DNA of 59,798 nt, the filler included, from Sphacelaria rigidula (lineage: Eukaryota), in the NCBI GenBank assembly GCA_964200075.2. It is 8 parts of 8 records of this genome, joined end to end, with 100 filler letters (N's around TTAATTAATTAA, not from the genome) between each part and the next. Parts side by side here need not be neighbours in the genome. Positions count along the whole stretch, not along the records: positions 1 to 7,388 come from CAXNAA020015143.1; positions 7,489 to 14,876 come from CAXNAA020015144.1; 6 more parts are not named here. One strand, written 5' to 3'. The notes below the pieces were generated by a model that saw only the letters and a program-made list of their open reading frames with translations, was not told the origin of the DNA and did no database searches. The position numbers and the translations under genes were made by a program. Shown piece after piece: positions 1 through 12,944 of the stretch. Position 1 is the first letter of the stretch, and every line of letters starts with the position of its first letter.

Positions 1-73
1 CTGATGCACCCACATACACCGAAAGGTGTAGACTGGTGCCCAGAATAAATGGGACGACAACACACACACACAC
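1..73 (+). mobile_element. 3' end of tRNA-derived SINE with (CA)n tail
   Basis: ctgatgcacccacatacaccgaaaggtgtagactgg...gacaac matches the 3' end of the SINE at 28083-28145 and is followed by (CA)n. Confidence 0.75.
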
Positions 74-393
74 TGTAACTGACCCCCCAGGGGTCCACCT
101 GTGGTCTCAGAGTGTAAAATTCAAATGAACAATGGGAACTCTCGTGGTAGCTCTGGGTTATTCGATATACTCAACGGTCAGTTGTTGGGTTATGCTCAAG
201 CGTCCCTCATACAAACCGCCCTGTCAGATGTGTGCCTCCCTGCGGACAATAAGTCGCCGACCGACCCCCCGAAATCCACGGCCCCCCCCTCCGCTATACA
301 TACCCGACAAATCCACCAGATGCGCCTGAACCTCAACCCTCAACTGCATTACTGGATAGATTTTCCCTAGAACAACGCGCCCGTTCTCAAACA

Positions 394-2214
394 TTGTGGA
401 ATGACATTCTCCCTCACTTACGGCACATTGTTTTTCATCTATCTGGCGATGGTTGGACATCCACTGTAATCGATAGATTGAGATCCATCTTGATTAGATA
501 TTCTGAACGGCTTTCTACTGCACCCTTGGATTTAGGTCGATGTACCACGACACCGTTCAAGATCGAGGTTCCTGATGGCACTCCGCCTATCGCTATGCGT
601 CCGTACCGTACGAACTCCCTCTTAGCGGATAAGATCCAGGTAATTCTCGATGGTTACTTATCCGCCGGTTTAATTCGGCACTCGACATCTCTGTGGGCCT
701 CGCCTTTAGTAGTCGTCCGTAAGAAGAATGGCAAAATCAGACTGACGGCTTATTATCAACGATTGAACGCTGTCACCAAAATCGCCTGGCTGCCACTTCA
801 ACGGATTGATGAAATCATTGACTCTCTTGGCGGGGGTAACGTATTTTCGAACTTTGACATGCAGTCCGGCTATCACCAGCTCATAATGGATCCAACTTCC
901 ATTGAACTGACAGCGTTTTGCACGCCATCAGGTTTGTACCCGTGGCTGGGTACACCACAAGGTGCCGCCGGAGCTCCAGGTGCGTTTCAACGTGTAATGT
1001 TCCGTGTAACTGATGGATTGCCCCAATGCCATATGTACCTTGATGATGCGATATGCCACGATTCCACACAGGCTGAACACGTCGAACACTTGGCATTATT
1101 CTTTAATCGGTTTGAACAACACAACTTGAAACTCGCCACCTCCAAATCCCGCATTAGCGCAACGAAGGTTGAGTTCTTGGGTCATTGCATCACCCCCGAA
1201 GGTCGTAGCCCAAGCCTCGACAAGGTCGCCGCACTCTCCGATATGCCCATACCACGGGACGCTTCTCAACTGCGTTCCTTGTTGGGAGGTCTGAGCTACT
1301 GTAGACAGTACTTGCCAAACCTTGCCCAAAAGCTAAAACCTCTCACCACCCTCCTAAAAAAAGGGGTGAAATTTGTGTTCACATTGGAAAGAGAAAAAAA
1401 CGTGCGCCGTCTTCTTGACACCCTTTCGCGCCCGCCGATTCTCGTCTTCCCCGACTGGTCAGCCGGGCAGACGGATTCCCGCCCTTTCCGGCTCCACACA
1501 GATTCTTCCAAAATTGCGTTTGGCTGCACATTAGAACAGGAGCAAGTCGATGCTACTGTTCGTCCCATTGTCTATCTGAGTCGCATCACCTTTCCGAATG
1601 GACAGAATTGGTCTGTCATGGAACAAGAGGCCGGCGCAGTTGTTTGGGGTGTGCGACGTCTGCGACAGTATTTGTATGACATCCCGTTTGTGATTTATGC
1701 CGATCACAAGTCTTTGGAAAGCCTTGCCAAAGTGGCGGAACACAACGCTAGGGTCCAACGCTGGTTCGAAATCCTGCCGTCCCACAACGTTCAACTGAAG
1801 TACCGCACAGGTCCCCAGAATGCAAACGCCGACTTTCTGTCACGCTTGCCCACACCAGCTCAACCTATCGATGAATCCCCCATAGGACGTGTCACCGATC
1901 CCACCGAAGACATTGTATATTTCATACGCAGGAATGGACATAGAGGTCTCTACCCACCACTTTCACTGAGAGAAACGCCGACTATAGGCATGGGTGGGCT
2001 GACGACCACAGCCCACGCATCAGTTCCAGGCAGCTTTCAACCTCAATCGTTGTACTCAGCTTGGAATGGACTGTCTACGAATACTGTTGGCTGTGATCAT
2101 TTTCGTGCAACTGGCCAGCGCATGGTTTTCGCAGCAGGTGTAGAACCGTCCTTTGCTGACTCCATCTTACCAGTTCAAGTTCGAGATTTGATTTCGAGTA
2201 GGACTCGTGGATGA
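394..2214 (+). pseudogene. pol: Gypsy pol: reverse transcriptase plus RNase H
   Basis: RT motifs SLWASPLVVVRKKNGKIRL, FDMQSGYHQ, TAFCTPSGLY, PQG and YLDD. RNase H motifs LHTDSS, EAGAVVWGV, DHKSL and NANADFLSR. Confidence 0.95.
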
Positions 2215-2612
2215 CGAACCGCCGAAACGGCCACCAAATTAGCCGTATCTGGTCCTGACCTTCCCCTTCCTGCCCCCACCCCGGTCCTCGATAGTTTCCT
2301 TGCGCCCCCGCAGCCTCCGCGACGCAAGGTCCCAAGAAAATCGACCCCGACCGTGCCGCCCCTGCCAACCATAGCCGAAACCACGGCTGTGCCCCCTCTC
2401 TTGGTGATGATATTGCAAACACCACCACATTACCCTCCACGCTAATCGACGCAGGAGTAGCCGTTAACGTTCCGTCTGAGAGTACACCAACTGGTAGGCT
2501 CACCCTTGATTCCGAAATCACCACTTCGTGCCGACCCCGCCCCGAACCGACCCAACACCCCGCCCCGAACCGACCCAACACGACGCCGACGCTTCAACAG
2601 ATGGTGTATCCA

Positions 2613-4003
2613 AGGAACGCTTGACTCTCTTCTCCCACGCCGATTGGGCCCGGGAACAATAGGCAGAACCTGCTTGTAAATCAGCTATTCAATTTCTATC
2701 TAAAGCTTACCCATGTCCATTCTCAGAAACCGAATTATTTTCGCCAGTCGGGAATCTCAAAGCGCCCACACAGGATGAAGTTACTGACCTTTCAAGGAAA
2801 GGTATGCTACATATGAATGATGATGGTATAGTTCTGTTAGTTCGCCGGCCCACAGCAGCCCTCCCCAGGGGCAAGCCTAAACGTCGACATGCCCGCTTGC
2901 TAGGTGATGAACCCGTCCGCATCTATGCCCCCATGCTCCTGCGCCCATGAGTTCTACACGAATGCCATTCCCAGGCATCGATTCATTTAGGCGCCATTAG
3001 GACCTCCCAGATGTTGGAACGTTTTTATTGGTGGATTTGTATGGATCAGTGTTGTCATTGGTGGGTGAGACGTTGTCTTCTGTGTCAGGCGCGAAAACCT
3101 TCTCGTCAAATAGTTCGTTGGCCGATTGTTTCCATGTCACTCCCAAAAGGGCCTGGTGAAGTAGTTTCGTGGGATTATTCTGGTCCTTTGCCCCTGACGG
3201 ATAGTGGGAATAAGTATATTGTGTTGTTTACGGATAGATTTAGTCGACATGCGGTGATGCACGCTGTCCCCGCCAGTAGCTATAACGCGGAAGTTACCGC
3301 CAACATTCTTGTATACATGTACATCCCTTAGTGGTGTATGCCCAAACGCTTACTGTCTGACACCGGCCCGCATTTTTCAGGCAAAGTTTCAGCCGCCGTC
3401 AGTGACCTTCTCGGTGCCCATCGTATTTTTACTACTTCATATCACCCTTCCACCAATGGTGGAACGGAACGAGTGACCCATACGATGGCACAGATGCTTG
3501 CTGCTGTAGCAAATGAGAGACAGATGGACTGGGACCTTCACCTGCCCCTTGTCCGAATGAATTACAACAATTCAGTCAATGCCGCTACGGGATTGTCGCC
3601 GAATGAAATTCATATTGGACGCATGCCTCGGTTACCTTCAACGGCATTCGAACGCAAAAATACAGGCGGACATCAGAGTCTAGATCGTGATTTTGTAGAG
3701 TATCATTTGTCGGTTAGCAATCGCCTTCGTCTTGCATATGAAGTGATAAGAGAACAGAACCAAATCAATTTGGCCAAGGTGGCCAGGGCGAACTCGATGT
3801 TGGATGATGTGGTACATAACCGCCCGGTGAGGAAGGTAGGCCAATGGGCATGGGTGTATAACGATGTGAAGATCGTGAATCAAGGGGCTAGCTCGAAATC
3901 ACCATTGGACAACGTGTTGAAGGCGAATCTATCGTTGAATTGGACCGGTCCTTGGGAAATTCCAGCTGTTGGTCCAAGTGCTACCGCACCCGACAAGATT
4001 TAG
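2613..4003 (+). pseudogene. Gypsy integrase with internal stops
   Basis: HHCC finger (H..HLG...FYWW...CLLCQARK) and D-D-E core (SWDYSGP, LLSDTG, YHPSTNGGTER), plus a GPW motif. In-frame stops near 2660, 2950 and 3330. Confidence 0.92.
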
Positions 4004-4106
4004 GTGGAAGCGAAACTTTTGTATTTGGATTTTCCCACGGATGAACCTGGTTTGAAACCAAACAATCGCGTCTCGATGCTACCATGAAAACCGTGTATCC
4101 CCCCTC

Positions 4107-4825
4107 ATGACTCCTCTGACATGCCCAAACAACTGCCGACGGCTTAGCCAGTATGTGTTGACCACGTATGCGATCAAAACTCCGCCGTATCATATGACGG
4201 TCGAGGATGCGGATGCACCCCTGGAACGCGTTGAGGTAGATAGAATTTCGGGCCACCAACTGGTTCGCGGTTGTAGAGGTAAGATAGCAGTAATGTATCC
4301 AACACATTACAGGGGTATCATGCGTGTTACATGGGAGCGTGAAGTTGATTTGCGTCATTTTCGTTGGGACATATTGCTGTACTGGGGGTAGGAGATACCG
4401 TCCAGCACCACCCGTTGAGTAAGAGATATCGGTCGATGCGCAAGGGAGCTGCCGCTCGGGAACTGGCACGTGAACACTCCGCGCGGTTTGTTGTGACAGG
4501 CTATAGCCTTCGATCGCGTTCACAATACATACAGTCTTTTCACGGAAAACGCTTACCGAAGGGGGCGCACTTTTGGTATAAGGCCTTAGATTCAGTGTGG
4601 TGGTTGGGTAAAATTCATGTCGTCGATCCTGCATCTGACCACTCCTACTTTATCCGTTTCCTTGATGACCCGAGCCCCCTTAAGATTCGCTTGGATGATG
4701 CGTACTACACCGAGGTGCCGACCGCTCGGAGGGGGTCCTGGTGCCTCCAACGACACGACCAAGGCGATATCGACACAGCCATTCTACGGAACACGGACAC
4801 CACTTGGGATGCAGATGACTCATGA
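4107..4825 (+). pseudogene. Integrase C-terminal extension: chromodomain-like plus Tudor/PWWP-like segment (frameshifted)
   Basis: VEVDRISGHQLVRG...YPTHYRG...TWEREVDL (chromo-like), then FWYKALDSVWWLGKI...YFIRFLDD (Royal-family-like). Both assigned by motif only. Confidence 0.6.
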
Positions 4826-6287
4826 TGCCGCATCCGAGTCTGCTTCCCCATTCACCTTGCGTAGTGTACCACGTTCGAGTCGCTTGTCTTGCGTCGTAGC
4901 GTCGTTGGAAAACCATGTGTTCCCCCCCCCCCCCCCATTCATTTGTTTTTCGTTATGATTAGCCCCCTACTTGTAGTGGTTGATGTTGTGTTCCGTACTT
5001 GGTATGTGGTCCTTTGTATTTTGTATTTTGTATTTTTCTTGTGTTGTGTTTTGTTTTTTGTTGCTTTGGACCCTGATGTTGTGTTTTGGTTTTCTTTGCC
5101 TTTGCTTCATTTTGTTTTGATTTATTTTTGTCTGTTTTTTTGTGTATCTCTTCTTTACTTCTCTTTTCGCCTCATGCTTTGTGTTCGTTTTTTTTGTGTT
5201 CAATAAGTAAATTTCTTGGTTATTCCTGGGTTCATCTGGCAAAGTACATGTGACGACCGTTCCATTCCTGACCCCGAGTCTGGAACCTTGAACCTCAGTC
5301 CTCCGCGCCGTACATTCACAACCATTCTATCTCCTGGAACAGTTGCCACGGGCTATTTATTTCTTCATTTTTCTTCACCGTACGCACTTTTTGTCTTGCT
5401 TTGTTGATTATATGGTCTTTATTTTTGATTCGTTTGTTTTTGATGAAGAGTTTCCGGAGCGAGCGCTAGCCATACCTTACACCCACGTCCGGAATATTTA
5501 CGCTCTTGTTCAATTGCTCCGTACGCGAATGCCGCCACCCTCTTCGGGATCGGTCGTGACGTGTCCCCCTTAAGTGTGCGTACGACGTTGAGTTCTATAT
5601 TAACGTGGGCGATAGTAACCGAAGCTGAGTGCCTGAATTGTCTTGACCTTCTTGGCTGAAACCTCCGACCCTACTTGCTTCGTACACACGATAACCGCTC
5701 CCGTTTACAAGGACGGTTGCCACGTGTTGTCTTTCTACTTTATGTTGCGGATATTTCGTTTTCGCTGTTGCACAGCGTGCCCCTGGTTTTGTATACTTTT
5801 TGGTTTTGGTTTCTGCGTCTATGTCGGGAATTTCGCCATGAGTGTTCCAACGTTCCTGACCCTCAAGTCTAGAACACTTGGCCTACTTTTGCTTGCGAAT
5901 CCTGCCGCGTGTGACCGACCTCGTTTATAGGAGGGTCACGGGTGATTCGACGCGATGATTTATATCTGGTGATTGGTAAGTTACAGCGAGGTCACCACTG
6001 GCCGCGTCGTACATCGCGGTGTTGAAGAATTGTCATTGAAGTCGTGGTATAATCGGTTGCAAACGTCTCCTCATACAGGACCATTACGTATCATGATAAG
6101 GTAGATTGCTCTTCCGGAACTGTCCGTTCCGCCATGTCGATATTCGACCGTCGGTACAGCCTACAGGCTCAGAGTCCGCCACTCGCTGTTCGTTCTGTCA
6201 CTTTTACCAGCTTTTTACGTACAATTATCCGCCCCTGAAATCGGTTGGTGGTGTTTTGTTTTTATCAGGGGTTATTGGACGAAGTAA

Positions 6288-6622
6288 TGTGACGGTACGA
6301 CCGGCTGTGGGTTTTACTCCAGTTTGTGTTCGGGCCAGTCTCGTTTTAGTCCGAACGGGCAGATACTGCCAGGAGTGGGCTGCGTTGGCCCTCTCTGTCC
6401 TGTGTATTCGTCGTGGTTCAGAAACGTTGTGGGCGATCCGCCTCGGAACTACGTCGTAGGCTCGAAGGTTGTGAATTGACTCCACCACGTTTCTTTTGAC
6501 TTGTACGGACACCTGACCTCGAAAACCTGTCGGTTGTTTTCGTATCGTAGTGCGAGAAGAAAAAAGAATGCTGTACGGCTGGATCATCAACCAAACGTCC
6601 TAAGCAAGTCGTTGCTCTCACA
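6288..6622 (+). repeat. Putative 3' LTR (335 bp)
   Basis: Starts TGTGA and ends TCACA (terminal inverted repeat), downstream of pol. No partner LTR in this contig. Confidence 0.6.
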
Positions 6623-7388
6623 AATATTTACCGACAATTACCTCACGTCAAACGGGTTGATGTGTCCGTATCATGCTATTTTGTTTTCCTTCCAATGTAT
6701 GGTTTTCGCGGGAAACTACCTTTTGTTGCGACGAAATCGGCTGTACGTTGCTGGCTTTTGCTGATTGACTAGGAAGAGTGATTGGTGTGAACTTGGTTAT
6801 CGGAGTGATATTATGCCTTGGCGGGTTTGCTTGTTTTTTGACCAGTGCGTAAAACAAATCGGACTTCCAGAAAAGAGTGAACTATTATATTCACGGTATA
6901 GTTATGGCAGGGTAGGATGGAGTCATGCTACGGTAGGGGGGGGGTGTTTGATTCCACGAAAAGATGGGCTCATAAATGCTTCAGACGACCTAACACACTC
7001 GCGGTGCGCTTGTATTTGGGTAAAACCGGTGTCAAGCAGTATGAATGAGCATTATTCATCGGAAGCAAGCGCGTTCGAACAACCGTTGCTGCTATTAACG
7101 ACGATTTCAAGTAAAATTTCGTGATAGAAAACGGCCCAAAACATCCCCCCTCTATTGTAGCATGACTCGATGATCGTTTCAATGATAAGTCTCTGATTTC
7201 CTGTGGCTATCCCGGAAATGCTAACGGCATTCTGAGGATGCTGCATTTTTGTGGTATATGGGTTTGATTTGTTTTTTCTAATTCTTTCTTATTTTCTAGA
7301 TTTCCCATGGCGCCGCCTGACACGCTCACGGAACATGAGAACGCTGAATTCTTGTAATGGTTCATTTTTTTTTGTTTTTAGAGCAATG

Positions 7389-7488
7389 NNNNNNNNNNNN
7401 NNNNNNNNNNNNNNNNNNNNNNNNNNNNNNNNTTAATTAATTAANNNNNNNNNNNNNNNNNNNNNNNNNNNNNNNNNNNNNNNNNNNN
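7389..7488. other. Artificial contig linker (first of seven)
   Basis: N44-TTAATTAATTAA-N44, with stops in all six frames. Also at 14877-14976, 22364-22463, 29851-29950, 37338-37437, 44825-44924 and 52312-52411. Confidence 0.98.
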
Positions 7489-7542
7489 TGTTTTCACGCC
7501 ACAACGTCATGGCCAATTCCCTCACTTGCACGCCTGTCGCAG

Positions 7543-7650
7543 AGAAAAAGAAGACGTGCAAGGACGACTACTACTGCCCGGCGGGCTACACAACCCTTGG
7601 TAGCAGGGAGTGCCGCGGCGAGTGCGACGAGTACCAATGCTGCTACAAAG
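7543..7650 (+). CDS. Cys-rich repeat protein, module exon 1 (108 nt, phase 1-1)
   Basis: cag|AG...G|gtgag. Encodes (E)KKKTCKDDYYCPAGYTTLGSRECRGECDEYQCCYK. Confidence 0.88.
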
Positions 7651-8382
7651 GTGAGCGGAACTCTGCTTCTGATCAGGGGCCAACGCGGAGAAGTGTTCCG
7701 GACACGTAGCTTAACCCCCCCCTTCCCCCCGGAGGACATTTTTTCGAAAATTGTCATGATTTTTTTCTTGTCAACTTTGTCGCCAAACACTGTTTTTTCT
7801 GTTACTTTTGCTACGAGAAATTGATCAATGAACACTGACAAACTGACGAGCCTGGTGGGCTTTGCGGGGTTCGTATATTCCCTTCTGCTGCTTGAAAAAA
7901 ATATATATGTATGTATATATCGATCTAGACAGTGAACATCTATAATATGGGAAGCATATATTTACTGTGTTTTTTATATACTAAATTGTAGAGTAGGGTA
8001 TACATTAAGGAGCAGAAATATACATGAAGTAAATAATACACGAAACATGGAATATAACGTAGACTGTATAATGTATAATGTATCCACCTTATATAATGTG
8101 TACCCCCCTCCCGTTACCCCCCACCCCCCCGTCAAATACTCAAAAATTCTATCTTGAGGCCTACGTGTCCCGAATATTTGTTTTCGCTGCCCCCTCGTAA
8201 AGACCAAGCACACACAAGAAAGCAGAATTGTTTTCGACGGCAGCTCATAAGGAGGTGACACATTATTATGACGTTCGGTCGATGATTCTACGTTGGTGAC
8301 TGATTCACAGCATCCGCAAATACTGCATGCGTTTTCACGCCACAACGTCATGACCAATCCCCTTACTGCACGCCTGTCGCAG

Positions 8383-8490
8383 AGAAAAAGAAGACGTGCA
8401 AGGACGACTACTACTGCCCGGCGGGCTACACAACTCTCGGTAGCAAGGAGTGCCGCGGCGAGTGCGACGAGTACCAATGCTGCTACAAAG
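8383..8490 (+). CDS. Cys-rich repeat protein, module exon 2 (108 nt, phase 1-1)
   Basis: cag|...|gtgag. Encodes EKKKTCKDDYYCPAGYTTLGSKECRGECDEYQCCYK. Near-identical to exon 1, including the intron flanks. Confidence 0.9.
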
Positions 8491-8707
8491 GTGAGCGGAA
8501 CTCTGCTTCTAATGTATAAATTTCGCATCGCCCCTCACGCGAAGATCAACCGTCGACGATTCGGCACACCTCTCTGTTCATGGTTGGAGATCAACACGTG
8601 TAGTCTTTGATTTACCCATGGACGTTGTCGTAGCATTTGACCGCAAAAGATGGCATGTTCTTTCGTACACGCCGTGACCAGTTCCCTCGTCTGCGTACGT
8701 TGTGCAG

Positions 8708-8812
8708 AGAAAAAGAAGACGTGCAAGGACTACTACTGTCCCTCGGGCTACCAGAACCTCGGCGCTAAGGAGTGCAGCGGCGAGTGCGACACATACGAAT
8801 GCTGCAAAAAGG
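8708..8812 (+). CDS. Cys-rich repeat protein, module exon 3 (105 nt, phase 1-1)
   Basis: cag|...|gtgag. Encodes EKKKTCKDYYCPSGYQNLGAKECSGECDTYECCKK. Confidence 0.9.
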
Positions 8813-9089
8813 GTGAGCATGCAACGAGCTCCTTAGTAGATTGCTCCCAGTCTCAACCTTTCTGGGAGTACTTCCCACTCGGCATGTGGTACCGGCAGCG
8901 CACGTCGTCCTCGTTGAATGCTAGCACCCACGTCATTTTAGGAGTTGTGCGGTCTACCGTCTCACGGAGAAACCCGCGCGGGATAGTTCGCGAAACATCC
9001 CATGTCAAGGAAACCTGCGAATCTTCAAAAACCTTGAGAAGGAAATGTGCCGCGCTTTTTTCGTGCCGTGGCTTTTCCGTCCATTGCAG

Positions 9090-9226
9090 AGGATGAGACG
9101 TGCAGCGACTTCCACTGCCCCAGAGGCTGGAGAGACCTCTACGGCAACATCAAATGCGACGGTGAATGCGACAAGTATGATTGCTGTGAGGAGAAGCGCC
9201 GCCGCCGTTCGAGGAGCGACGACTAA
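9090..9226 (+). CDS. Cys-rich repeat protein, terminal exon
   Basis: ttgcag| phase 1. Encodes EDETCSDFHCPRGWRDLYGNIKCDGECDKYDCCEEKRRRRSRSDD then TAA. Confidence 0.88.
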
Positions 9227-9354
9227 GACGACTGTGAGTCCTGCATCGAGTAGTTCGTGATAATCGAACGGAATTTGCACGTTCGCAGAGTGAAATACCA
9301 GGCAAATCAGAAAGGCCGAGGTGGCAGATCAGAGAAGGGTAGAAATGACGAGCA

Positions 9355-9592
9355 ATACTACGGTAACGGTGCACTTTTTGCGCAGAATCGTGTCTGGTTC
9401 ACGGGCTCCTGACGATTCAAGATGCACAAGAATATGGGTCAGGGTATCCCGTCTGCAAACTCATTCGTGATATCCCTGGCACGTTGGAACAGTAATCTTG
9501 GACACATGTTTCATAAAAGTCGTGGTTTGGATGTGACGAGGGGCTTCTGAAAATTCCAACCTCAGAAAATGTTCTCGCACCCCTACCAGAAC
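9355..9592 (+). mobile_element. MITE family A copy (about 240 bp)
   Basis: Colinear similarity to 30650-30895, with degenerate terminal inverted repeats (TIRs). Confidence 0.75.
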
Positions 9593-11008
9593 GCTACTCT
9601 GGCCTATCCTGTAAAAAGAGTGACAACAACAACCTTGCGCGTGTTCAAAATGAGGTTCAACTGCCGAAGAGTGGTGTCCGCAGGGGTGCGCAGAAGAAAA
9701 AATCCGTATACCTACGTCCCCGCCCCCCTTTCCGCCTCCGGAAGGGCGAGAAAAAAGACTGTATCTCAGCTTACATGCCCTTTCTTCGTCTTCCTCCTCT
9801 CAATTCGTGTGTACATTGCACGTTACCCCTCGAACCCGTCATGAATACCTACTTGTTAGAAGCGCGTTCATTCTGCTGTTGATTGGCTTCGGCTTGGGGT
9901 TAGTGGTTGGAGACGATCCCCGCCCAAGACCATCCCCTGGGCCGGCAAACTAACCCCAACAGTTACAAGAAAACGCTCACAACTTACATCCAAGCTCGTG
10001 AAAATAGGAGTAGTCAAAGCGAATCGTAATGGGCCTACAACGGTGGTGTGTACAGTGTAGTGGACGATTCTGCATGAGATCGGTTCTCGAAACAATATAT
10101 AGGACTTGGTATAGGATATACTAAACTCTTTTCCGGTGATAATCTCCTGAAGGTGGCTGGTTCCTTCTCCGATGAGTACCAGGGTAATACTTTACCATCC
10201 GAAACTTGTTGCATCTGTTTTTTTCATTTCCCCCCCACTCGTATCGGTCTACATATTTCGCTCTCTGTTGATTATCCGATGAATACATGATTGAAATTTT
10301 TCTTTCCCTCCTATTTTCTTCACGCACTTCGTTTATCGGCACGGTTTGCTCGGCAATGCAGCGTCACACCATCGTGAGTAGTGCGAGCTATGGCTCTATG
10401 CGGTGCCTTGTCCATGCCTGCACACATACGGCGTCCCTTATTGTGCGTCGCAATGCATTGCTAATGATTGGGATTATGTGACACTGCGCGCATCACACTC
10501 GCGTTGGTTCGCCGACCGCCCCTGCTCCGCCCCTGCTCCGTCCCCCGCTGTCAACAGGAACAAGTGCATCGAGTCGGAGGCCGCGATCGGATCGAGGTTG
10601 ACGTCGAAATACAAAGGATGTAGGGGATGGGGACGCATGATCTCGTCGTGCGGAACTCACGGAAGGGAGGCGGTCACTTGGCCTTCCGGCAGATGTTCGA
10701 AGCAGAGACAGTAAAGGAATATTTTACAGCAATACGAAGACAGATTTTGAGCAGTGCAGGAAGGGTGCCGTCCCCCATAATTGATTGCCTAGGTAACACT
10801 TCTCAACAAGTTTCTACGAGCAAAGCCGCGTCCACGTTGCGTAATCGTAGGTGACAAGTCAATCCGAGACTTCTGAAGCTTGTGGATTCAATCGTACATC
10901 TCCCGGGTTATACTGGAAGAACGAAATAGAGTTTATAAAGGTCAATGTGATCTCTGTGGTCGGGAGACGGTCCGCATGTACGTTGGGCATGATGTACGTA
11001 AGATGACA

Positions 11009-11463
11009 TGTTGCGATGGGGGTTCGACCAACCTGAATATGTACCGCCGGCCGATTCGGCAGACGATGAATAATGACCGCGCCGCATAATGCGGCAAAGT
11101 GTGAATATTATTGATAGCAAATGACGGTGCAGCTTGCTACAACCTTTCTTTTCATCTGCCGTAAACGTTGAAGGCAGCGTAGACGTGTACGTCAACATTT
11201 AGGGTGCAGTTTCGTTAGACGTGGAGGTCTCGAGTCACGAAAACTTTGTTTTCGTCCCGAGAAATTCGCAGCCAGAGTTCCCCCTACGGCTGTTACCCTC
11301 CCTTCCCACCTACTCACTTGCAGCTCTGTTTTGAGGAGAGACGAGTGTTGTAAGTGAGTGCCTGTCTATCGAGCAGTTGAGCTTGCCTGTCTTGGATAGG
11401 ATCAAACCACTATATTCCCGGGGGTTCGCGAACCATCTAGGACTTTTGGGTGACGCTGCGACA
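11009..11463 (-). repeat. Putative 3' LTR of second gypsy element
   Basis: Follows a polypurine tract. Ends TGTTGC...GCGACA. The left boundary is uncertain. Confidence 0.45.
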
Positions 11464-12139
11464 GCCCCCTCTCAAACCAGCCCCAAATATTCACGACGAA
11501 AATGACCCTACAGCGCATGATCGTCAGTGTCAGGCTACATGAAGCCGCTCGTATGGGCGACATTGGCGGAAGCGATCCCAACAGTGGCGATAGCCCCCCC
11601 TCTGTATGCTCCAGTTTTGTCATTTTGATTTGCATGTAGGTGGCCTCCGCGGTGCGCTAACCGTTGTCGCGGGTGGAACGTTTGACCATGAATACCATTT
11701 TTGGGCGCGGATGCCAGCGCGGTCGTGGTTTTCAGATGCATCAGCGTCGGCCATCGGCGGTGTTCGTGCAGACACCAGGATGTGGTAGCGATAGGCTCTG
11801 TAGCCTCTGCCAGACGATCAACGAGGGACTCCTCTAGTATCACTGGCCTCGTTCTTGACAAATCCCTTCTTCTCACTTGTTACTATCAGATCACAAGTCA
11901 GCAGCAAGGGGCCACACAGATAAGGGCCATCAATCTAGTGTCCCCTGTCCCCTGCGACTGCTCATGCATGCCATTATTCTAAAACCTACGGCTTGGTATC
12001 ATCAGGCTACAGCACCCTCAAGGCGAGTCCAAGACTAACGCACGAGTTTGACAACCATCAAAAACCAAGGCGAGATCACATGTGCCCAGATAACAAAGAA
12101 ATAACATACTTCAACGCTAGTGTACTGGCCAGCGGCCGA

Positions 12140-12800
12140 GTCAACCGCATTTTACGTACTTCCTTCAAAACAAATTCAGGTGCAGAAGAATGGATCTTAC
12201 GAAGAGACTCCCACGTGCGCTCTTCAGCACCGAACCTATCCCGATCGACCGAGACATGGCATCACCATTGTCATCCTCAGTAACGAGCACCAAAGCATTC
12301 ATCCGACATTCGCCTTGAGCATACGAAGGGCGAAATACATCTTTTAGTTCCGCAGTGATGTGCAACTGCGTGGCAGGATTGGATCGCTAACGAGCGACAT
12401 GGGTCGAGTGCGCGGCGCCAGAAACAATGTTCTGCACCGAATACACGTGAGCGTGATCGGCTCCGACCACTCTCCACGGACCTGTGCATGTGGATCTCAA
12501 GTTTGGCGTCACGCCTTGCCCACGAGCACGGGCATACACTACAAAATCGCCGACTGCAAACTTGGGCAACACAGCTTGGCCCGGAGCAAGCTTGCGTTTG
12601 GTTTCGCGAGACACCGCGACAGCAGCTTGCACTTCGTTACAAAACCGCACTTGCTCGCCAACCACGCGTCGAACCTTGTCACGCAACGAATCAGCATCCA
12701 TGACATCGACGTTCCACTCGCCGCCAGTGACAAAAGCCAGCGCGGGAAACGCAGTACGCGGCGTACGCCCAAAAATTACACAGTGCGGGGTGTCACGGAA
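12140..12800 (-). pseudogene. Integrase C-terminus and chromodomain remnant
   Basis: TPHCVIFGRTP...FAVGDFVV...GPWRVV...HVAR, then (frameshifted) FGAEERTWESLRKIHSSAPEFV. Confidence 0.75.
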
Positions 12801-12944
12801 GCGTTCACGATTAGAAGTTTTCAACGTCCACACTGCGGGGCTGGCAAAACATCAACCCATCCAGCCACCGGGCGTCTTTGTTCCGACAAGATGGACCGTA
12901 AAGGAGCGAAGCACGCAACCAATTCACCGCCTGCAGAAACTGCA

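Larger units (their letters stand above)
74..6622 (+). mobile_element. Ty3/gypsy LTR retrotransposon, degenerate, 5' part cut by contig edge
   Basis: Domain order RT-RNaseH-IN-chromo, then about 1.4 kb of non-coding 3' region and a putative 3' LTR. Confidence 0.93.

Noticed and set aside
4889-5242. Hydrophobic and Lys/Asn-rich ORFs
   Set aside because: These are artefacts of the T-rich low-complexity retrotransposon 3' region.
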